Of a DNA stretch of 17,074 bases, positions 9,199 to 14,355 are shown in pieces. The notes beneath the pieces were generated by a model, which was not told the DNA's origin, did not search any database, and saw only the letters and a list, made by a program, of their open reading frames with translations. A program made the position numbers and the translations under genes. The DNA lies in contig CAZFGR010000031.1 in NCBI GenBank assembly GCA_964518475.1, positions 1 to 17,074 of the forward strand, written 5' to 3'. The stretch's first letter is position 1. Every line of letters starts with the position of its first letter. This stretch comes from an uncultured Nitrososphaerota archaeon (GTDB lineage: Archaea > Asgardarchaeota > Njordarchaeia > Njordarchaeales > Njordarchaeaceae).

Positions 9199-9359
9199 GA
9201 ATGATCCCTCTTCAAAAATTTTGCTGATGACTTGAAAAAGGGTATATGATTTCAATAATAGTTTATTTATGGTTTCTTAGGAGTTTCCTTAGAACTTATT
9301 TTAGGAAATCTCGGAGACGAGTTTTGCCAGGGAAAGTCTTGCAGAGATCGATAAGGTAG

Positions 9360-10091
9360 CTATTTAATCATTTTCACTATTTCTGGAAGGATCTTACCCG
9401 CAGAGCCTCGTAGAAATATATCAGCTATGGGTGTTATGGCGCTTTCAGAGACATTAATCTCAATGACTGTTCCTTCATGATCCTTAACTATAAAAGGTAG
9501 AGCACCTGCGGGCATGACGATTCCAGAAGTTCCAACAACTAGCATAGTATCGGCTTTTGAGGCTAAATCTAATGCTTCTTGAAGAGCTTTTTCTGGTAAG
9601 GGTTCGTTAAACCATACAACGTTCGGACGCAACAAGGAGGAACATAAGGGGCATTTAGGCGGTATCTCTGATGGCGGTTGGGACCATTTTACCACATAAT
9701 TGCAGCTTACACATCTAGCTTCAAGAATATTGCCGTGAAGCTTTATGAGTTTTTTAGATCCTGCTCTTTCGTGAAGGTCATCTACATTCTGTGTGATTAA
9801 AGCCTTTAAGAGTCCAATTTTTTCTAACTCAGCTAGGGCGTAATGAGCGGGATTTGGTTTCGCGTTTAGAACTATTTTTATCCTCCAAACATACCATTCC
9901 CATACTCTTTTAGGATCACGATTAAATGCCTGTGGTGTTGCTAGTTCCTCTGGTCTATACTTATTCCAGAGACCATCCTTTCCCCTAAATGTAGGTATTC
10001 CACTCTCCGCTGATACTCCAGCACCAGTTAAAGCAACTAAAAAGCTTGCACTACGTATTACCTCAACAGCACGAGATATATCCAAAGACAT
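9360..10091 (-). CDS. cobB: NAD-dependent protein deacylase, Sir2 family, class III
   Basis: [20 protein letters not shown] (YxxR), [13 protein letters not shown], Zn ligands CVSC and [17 protein letters not shown]. Start ATG 10091 has a GAGGG RBS; ATG 10106 is an alternative. Confidence 0.95.
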   Translation of the reverse strand: MSLDISRAVEVIRSASFLVALTGAGVSAESGIPTFRGKDGLWNKYRPEELATPQAFNRDPKRVWEWYVWRIKIVLNAKPNPAHYALAELEKIGLLKALITQNVDDLHERAGSKKLIKLHGNILEARCVSCNYVVKWSQPPSEIPPKCPLCSSLLRPNVVWFNEPLPEKALQEALDLASKADTMLVVGTSGIVMPAGALPFIVKDHEGTVIEINVSESAITPIADIFLRGSAGKILPEIVKMIK

Positions 10092-10153
10092 TATCAATTC
10101 CCTCATGAGCAGTAAAAAATAGGAAAATTCAATTAATTCTACTGAGACAAGCC

Positions 10154-10402
10154 TTATTGACCAAAAAATTTCATGCAGAGATTGATCCCAGATAGAACAG
10201 TTGCTAAGGAGTTCAAGATGATAAATACCAGATCCTTTATAAAAATCGAGTGAATAGTCAATAATAAGCTACCCAATGTGTAAAGAGCCAAGAACTCAAC
10301 TCTGGTCCCTACATGCCTAGCTCTTAAGTTCTTTATTGTCTCGGGAAACCATGCAATTAAGATAGTTAATAAACCGATAAGCCCTATTGGCTCAATATTC
10401 AT
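10154..10402 (-). CDS. Three-helix PQ-loop/SemiSWEET-like membrane protein
   Basis: 82 aa with three hydrophobic helices; [11 protein letters not shown] at the PQ position; D..FIILN in TM3; GGAGG RBS. Confidence 0.7.
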   Translation of the reverse strand: MNIEPIGLIGLLTILIAWFPETIKNLRARHVGTRVEFLALYTLGSLLLTIHSIFIKDLVFIILNSLATVLSGINLCMKFFGQ

Positions 10403-10480
10403 AACAATTCCTCCTTAAGATTTCGAGATCTCTTCCTTTAATACTGTACAACTATAATAACTACTTATTATAGAAATAAG

Positions 10481-10972
10481 TTAGAGATCACTAAGACATT
10501 CCACCAAATCAGAAGCGAGTTTTTTAACTGCTTTTAAGACTTCTTCACTTCTTTTCTCTCCCAATACTACGTATTTAGGCTGGATTCCGAGAATTAGTAT
10601 CTTTTTACCATGGCTTTTCAGTAAATTAGTTATCAGGGAAAGGGATATTCTGTGAGTAGATACTGTTTCTTCAGAGAAATCTTCTGGGCGTACTATAGCT
10701 ATCTCCCCAGGACGTAAACCCGCATCCACAGCATCAACAATAATTACATGCGAGATCTGGTCATTCTCAATGATTTTAAATAGATAAGCCTCGGGAGATG
10801 ATTGGGCTAGGAAAACTAAAAGTTTTTTCGAAGAGATTTTTCTGAGCAAGATGTTACAAACTATCAAGCCGGCAGCGTCATCTCCCAATAGTTCATTCCC
10901 AAGGCACATAATAGCTACTTTAGTTGCGCCCGTTAAGAACGTCTTCAAGAACTCTTTCCCGTATACACGCAT
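10481..10972 (-). CDS. hycI: Hydrogenase maturation endopeptidase (HycI/HybD, peptidase A31)
   Basis: LGNELLGDDAAG, SPE, IIVDAVDAGLRPG, STHRISL, ILGIQP. Confidence 0.9.
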   Translation of the reverse strand: MRVYGKEFLKTFLTGATKVAIMCLGNELLGDDAAGLIVCNILLRKISSKKLLVFLAQSSPEAYLFKIIENDQISHVIIVDAVDAGLRPGEIAIVRPEDFSEETVSTHRISLSLITNLLKSHGKKILILGIQPKYVVLGEKRSEEVLKAVKKLASDLVECLSDL

Positions 10973-11063
10973 AGATAATTTTCCCCTTGCAGTGGTTATG
11001 AGCTATTGACTTGTATAATAAGATATTAGTGTCATAAAAGCAATTACTGAGAAGAAGGAGTTT

Positions 11064-11239
11064 TGGGGAGGGACAGGGGCTTATGTTGCAAAAAAATGTT
11101 ATTCGATTTGTGACTATTTTTCAATAATGGTAATTTTGATCGCGTAATAGTTTGGAGGTTTTTGGTTTTTTGGAGATTTTATTGGTTAGGTATTGTAATT
11201 TTGGAAGAGTTTTGGTTAGACCCCTGCCCCTTTTCCCCA
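11064..11239. repeat. Imperfect G-tract/C-tract inverted repeat flanking an AT-rich core of about 140 bp
   Basis: TGGGGAGGGACAGGGG (11064-11079) versus CCCCTGCCCCTTTTCCCCA (11221-11239; reverse complement TGGGGAAAAGGGGCAGGGG). Confidence 0.6.
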
Positions 11240-11285
11240 CCAGTGTTTCTGTGTTTTTCTCTAATTTTATCATAGTGGTAGCCAT

Positions 11286-11299
11286 AATTTATATAAATT
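11286..11299. promoter_or_regulatory. Palindromic, potentially bidirectional archaeal TATA box
   Basis: Perfect 14-bp palindrome AATTTATATAAATT containing TTTATATA on both strands. On the minus strand it is preceded by A-rich CCAAAAA (BRE-like). It lies between divergent genes. Confidence 0.5.
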
Positions 11300-11363
11300 T
11301 TTGGTTCCTCATAAATAGTCTTACTAGGGTGAATTTATTCTCGCGATACAACTTTTAACAAGT

Positions 11364-11474
11364 ATGGCTTATGATACATCATGGCAGATTTCTAACTTGG
11401 TAGATATAGTTACTGATGTAATTAAAAACACGATTGCTGTGCGACCTTGGATGCGTAGGAGCGGATATAAATGA
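11364..11474 (+). CDS. Possible 36-aa small ORF coupled to the downstream gene
   Basis: MAYDTSWQISNLVDIVTDVIKNTIAVRPWMRRSGYK*. Its TGA overlaps ATG 11471 (ATGA). No RBS is evident. Confidence 0.25.
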   Translation: MAYDTSWQISNLVDIVTDVIKNTIAVRPWMRRSGYK

Positions 11475-12169
11475 AGAAAATGGGTATTAGACGCGGAGGT
11501 TTATTGATAACTTCTACAATAGTGCGAGATATTCTTGAGCGTGTTACTAAGGCTCTTCAGAATAAAACCTGGATGGTTGTCGGGGGTGTAGCGTCCCAAC
11601 TATGGGCGTATGTGATGTCGGGCAACTGTGTATATTGCAGGCCTACGGATAATCTCAACATAGTGGGTATTGACATTGCTCGGGATCTTGAAGTATTGTT
11701 TAAAGCTTTAGCGGAGGGATTTATTGGTGATCAAATAAGGCGATTAAATGTTCTAATATCGCATCATCCAAGGTTCCGTGTAGATATTGAGAGTTATGCT
11801 GAGAAGAGAACGTATATGACGGAGTTCGATAGACGAGTATTTCTTGATATATGGAATATCAAAGTACCAGTCTCGGCCTTAGAGGATCATATAATAGCTA
11901 AATTACTAATGGGGAGAGATAAGGATATCTTCGATATAAGGAACATATTCCTAGCATACAAGCGTTACCTTCGTTCGAACATACTAATGAACACAGAGCC
12001 TAAGTACCTAATTCATCTAAGTTCGATAAAAAAGAGACTTGAGGAAGAATATCCAGAGATGACAAGTGATGTAATCTCCATGATAGAAAGTATTACTGGA
12101 TCAGATTTCAAAGAGCTTGAAAAAGCCGAGGATAAGCCTCGTAAAATGGTGGAATTACTGAGATTGTGA
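11471..12169 (+). CDS. Pol-beta-superfamily nucleotidyltransferase-fold protein (DUF6036/AbiEii-like) with catalytic Asp residues replaced
   Basis: WMVVGGVAS...RPTDNLNIV against the family pattern GGxA...RxTxDxD, and C-terminal LEDHIIAKLLMGRDKDIFDI. Start is uncertain: in-frame TTG 11504 follows GGAGGT. Confidence 0.75.
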   Translation: MKKMGIRRGGLLITSTIVRDILERVTKALQNKTWMVVGGVASQLWAYVMSGNCVYCRPTDNLNIVGIDIARDLEVLFKALAEGFIGDQIRRLNVLISHHPRFRVDIESYAEKRTYMTEFDRRVFLDIWNIKVPVSALEDHIIAKLLMGRDKDIFDIRNIFLAYKRYLRSNILMNTEPKYLIHLSSIKKRLEEEYPEMTSDVISMIESITGSDFKELEKAEDKPRKMVELLRL

Positions 12170-13102
12170 CAATAGGTCTAATCTCATGTAAAAAACTGGA
12201 CCAAATCGGGATAGTTCTAAAAGAATCTTACCTAAGCACTCTTCATAATGGTTAAGGTCAAGTCTCATTCCAGCAGCTTTTGGATGTCCACCACCACCAA
12301 ACTTCTCAGCAAACTTTCTTGCATCGAAACTAGAACTCCTAGAAACTCTTATCGATACACGGGCTTGATTGTTACTTGGTGTACCCGATAAGGATGGGCA
12401 AATGGGGTCTTCCCCTTTCATCCTATTGATTATTACTATTATTTCGCCACCTTTGTTGATAAAGATCCATGGGAGATCATTCATTACTATTCTCGGAAAT
12501 CCAGAAACAATATCTATAACGGCTATTTTTGCCCCCTTCTTTATCAGCTCCTTGGAAATTTTTCTAGCTATTTTTAATCCCTTTGTAATCCAGGGTTTTA
12601 GCCTCTTCCACTCGTTCTTTATCCACTTATCTTTTTCGAACTCTACTCCCTTATCAACGAGGATCCATGCGATTTTCATGAGAGTTGAGGGGTCACGGGA
12701 GTAACACTTTATTATCTTATCTAGTTTGTAGATCTTTTTTGTCACGCCCCCGGTATCGGCGATATTAGCCATTTCAACAAGTTTGCGAGCCTTTGCATTA
12801 TCATTTAAGCCTAAATACCTTATTACAAGGGAAGCTGCAGAGGGTGCTTTGGGGTCGACAACATCGTTCTCTCCTAATCTATTCTCTCGGATAAGACGTT
12901 CATAATTTGTGAGATGGTGATCAATATTTATCTTTGCTTTCGAGGTTTTAGGCAAGTCAATTACGAGGTCATACTCTACATCATCGTAGTAAGGCACATC
13001 TCTCAGGGTTAAAAAATCTATTTTAGCATTAGGATGCTTCATTAGTACGAGAGCTGCCGAAACTATGCCATCAATATCTGATGCATGAACAGCAACGCGC
13101 AT
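12155..13102 (-). CDS. DHH/DHHA1 phosphoesterase (NrnA/RecJ superfamily)
   Basis: HASDIDG, VIDLP, NIDHH, SAA, and DHHA1 SIR...FGGGGHPKAAG. Confidence 0.9.
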   Translation of the reverse strand: MRVAVHASDIDGIVSAALVLMKHPNAKIDFLTLRDVPYYDDVEYDLVIDLPKTSKAKINIDHHLTNYERLIRENRLGENDVVDPKAPSAASLVIRYLGLNDNAKARKLVEMANIADTGGVTKKIYKLDKIIKCYSRDPSTLMKIAWILVDKGVEFEKDKWIKNEWKRLKPWITKGLKIARKISKELIKKGAKIAVIDIVSGFPRIVMNDLPWIFINKGGEIIVIINRMKGEDPICPSLSGTPSNNQARVSIRVSRSSSFDARKFAEKFGGGGHPKAAGMRLDLNHYEECLGKILLELSRFGPVFYMRLDLLSQSQ

Positions 13103-13212
13103 TTTAGCAACCCCAGTCTCAATAGTTAATGAGATGAAAAGGAAGAAGTAGAAAATGTATAAAAAGGTAATGGGGTCTTTTTTCTTAGTTAACTAATGTA
13201 GGGAGATCCTAG

Positions 13213-13869
13213 GTGAAACCAGAAATCGAGAAAATACATATTCTGTACAAAAATCTAATAAGGGTTGGTAAGGAATTGGATTTTGAGAGATTTAAAGGTG
13301 AGCTAGTAGCCAGAGGGTTCGTGGCGGAGACAAGAATTCTACAAACACCGACAGGGCCTTTTAAAGAGTATTTACTAAGGGAACCAAAGAATCTTCGGGA
13401 CCTAATAGTTGTTTCTTCTAAGGGCTTCGTTGTGGATGCTTGGAACTATGACTCGGCTTTGGAACTAGTATCTACAGCTTATGAGATATATGAATTCATT
13501 CTAGGCGACCTTATAAGGCACATATTAGTGGACATTCTAGGAGATTACCAATTAGTAGTTCTCATCAACAGAAATTCTGAAGAAGTAATAGGTGAAAGTT
13601 TCAACAATGAAAAAGTAGATAGATTGAGGAAGACACTTAATAGGGAAGACCTAAGACCATTTGCAATAAGCTTTGCGTGGGGAAAACCGGTCGCACCGCA
13701 TGAATGGGTTATCGTTTCACTAACACCCATAATTCCACCAGGAGAAATCAGAGGAAGCGAGCGTCTACAGATTCGTATACAGTACAGACATGTTAATCCT
13801 GACACAGCAGTAGAATTCCTACACAATTTGCAAAAAATAATAAAAAACATTTTAAGTGGAATCTTATAA
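13213..13869 (+). CDS. Hypothetical alpha/beta protein (218 aa)
   Basis: GTG start with GGGAG RBS, normal composition, and it fills the space between neighbours. No motif recognised. Confidence 0.75.
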   Translation: MKPEIEKIHILYKNLIRVGKELDFERFKGELVARGFVAETRILQTPTGPFKEYLLREPKNLRDLIVVSSKGFVVDAWNYDSALELVSTAYEIYEFILGDLIRHILVDILGDYQLVVLINRNSEEVIGESFNNEKVDRLRKTLNREDLRPFAISFAWGKPVAPHEWVIVSLTPIIPPGEIRGSERLQIRIQYRHVNPDTAVEFLHNLQKIIKNILSGIL

Positions 13870-14220
13870 CCCTTTTAAAGCTCCTAATAAGAGATTATAT
13901 AGCTCATGAGCTGATATTCCTGGACCAGACATTGTGTAAATAAACTCATCACCCTTATACTTTAGGACGATAATCGTGCCTTTCCCACTAGTATTCATGG
14001 CAACGAATCTTTCTGGATCCCGCTCGATTACAGAAAACCGAACATCTCCAACATTGAAACCGGTGATTTCTGAATTATCCCAAGCATCAAAAACTTCCTT
14101 TATAGGAGGCTCCCAGTCAGATGGATAAATCCATGAAATATTTCCAGAAGAATCAAATATGAAAACACCTTGGAGAATACCTTGGTCAACCAATTTCTTA
14201 AGAGACTCTTGGACCGTCAT
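13864..14220 (-). CDS. Profilin, Asgard-archaeal type (actin-monomer-binding fold)
   Basis: 118 aa. N-helix, then GVFIFDSSGNISW, W, ITGFNVGDVRFSVIERDPERFVAMNTSGKGTIIV, then C-helix. This follows the profilin pattern G-h-x-h-G-G-x-K/R-Y/F-x-V-I and the N-x-x-GKG turn I recall from Asgard profilins. Confidence 0.75.
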   Translation of the reverse strand: MTVQESLKKLVDQGILQGVFIFDSSGNISWIYPSDWEPPIKEVFDAWDNSEITGFNVGDVRFSVIERDPERFVAMNTSGKGTIIVLKYKGDEFIYTMSGPGISAHELYNLLLGALKGL

Positions 14221-14355
14221 AAGAATCTACCCATATCACAACACTGCAACGTTTTTCACAAATCTTCCTTGAATTTCAATATATAAAAATAGTTACACAA
14301 AAGCTATGAAAAAATACGCAAGAAAAGAGAAAATCTATGAAGCATTTTGACGACC

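Noticed and set aside
9199-9255. N-terminal extension of the GATase II ORF from TTG 9255
   Set aside because: Ntn hydrolases need Cys at position 2; ATG 9198 provides this and has an RBS.
9272-9310. Short imperfect repeats (GTTTCTTAG/GTTTCCTTAG; TTTCCT...AGGAAA) between cobB and the GATase gene
   Set aside because: Too short and AT-rich to distinguish from chance.
9360-10091. Sir2 as an anti-phage NADase (Thoeris/DSR-like) paired with the AAA ATPase
   Set aside because: It is a canonical Zn-binding CobB-type deacylase with YxxR, not a defence SIR2 domain.
11121-11285. 54-aa minus-strand ORF MATTMIKLEKNT..., N-terminus faintly like ribbon-helix-helix antitoxins
   Set aside because: The ATG abuts the TATA box, the remainder is low-complexity K/T/P from A/C skew, and no helix pattern follows.
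11152-11358. 68-aa hydrophobic plus-strand ORF
   Set aside because: Hydrophobicity follows from T-rich skewed DNA. It has a TTG start and spans the probable TATA palindrome.
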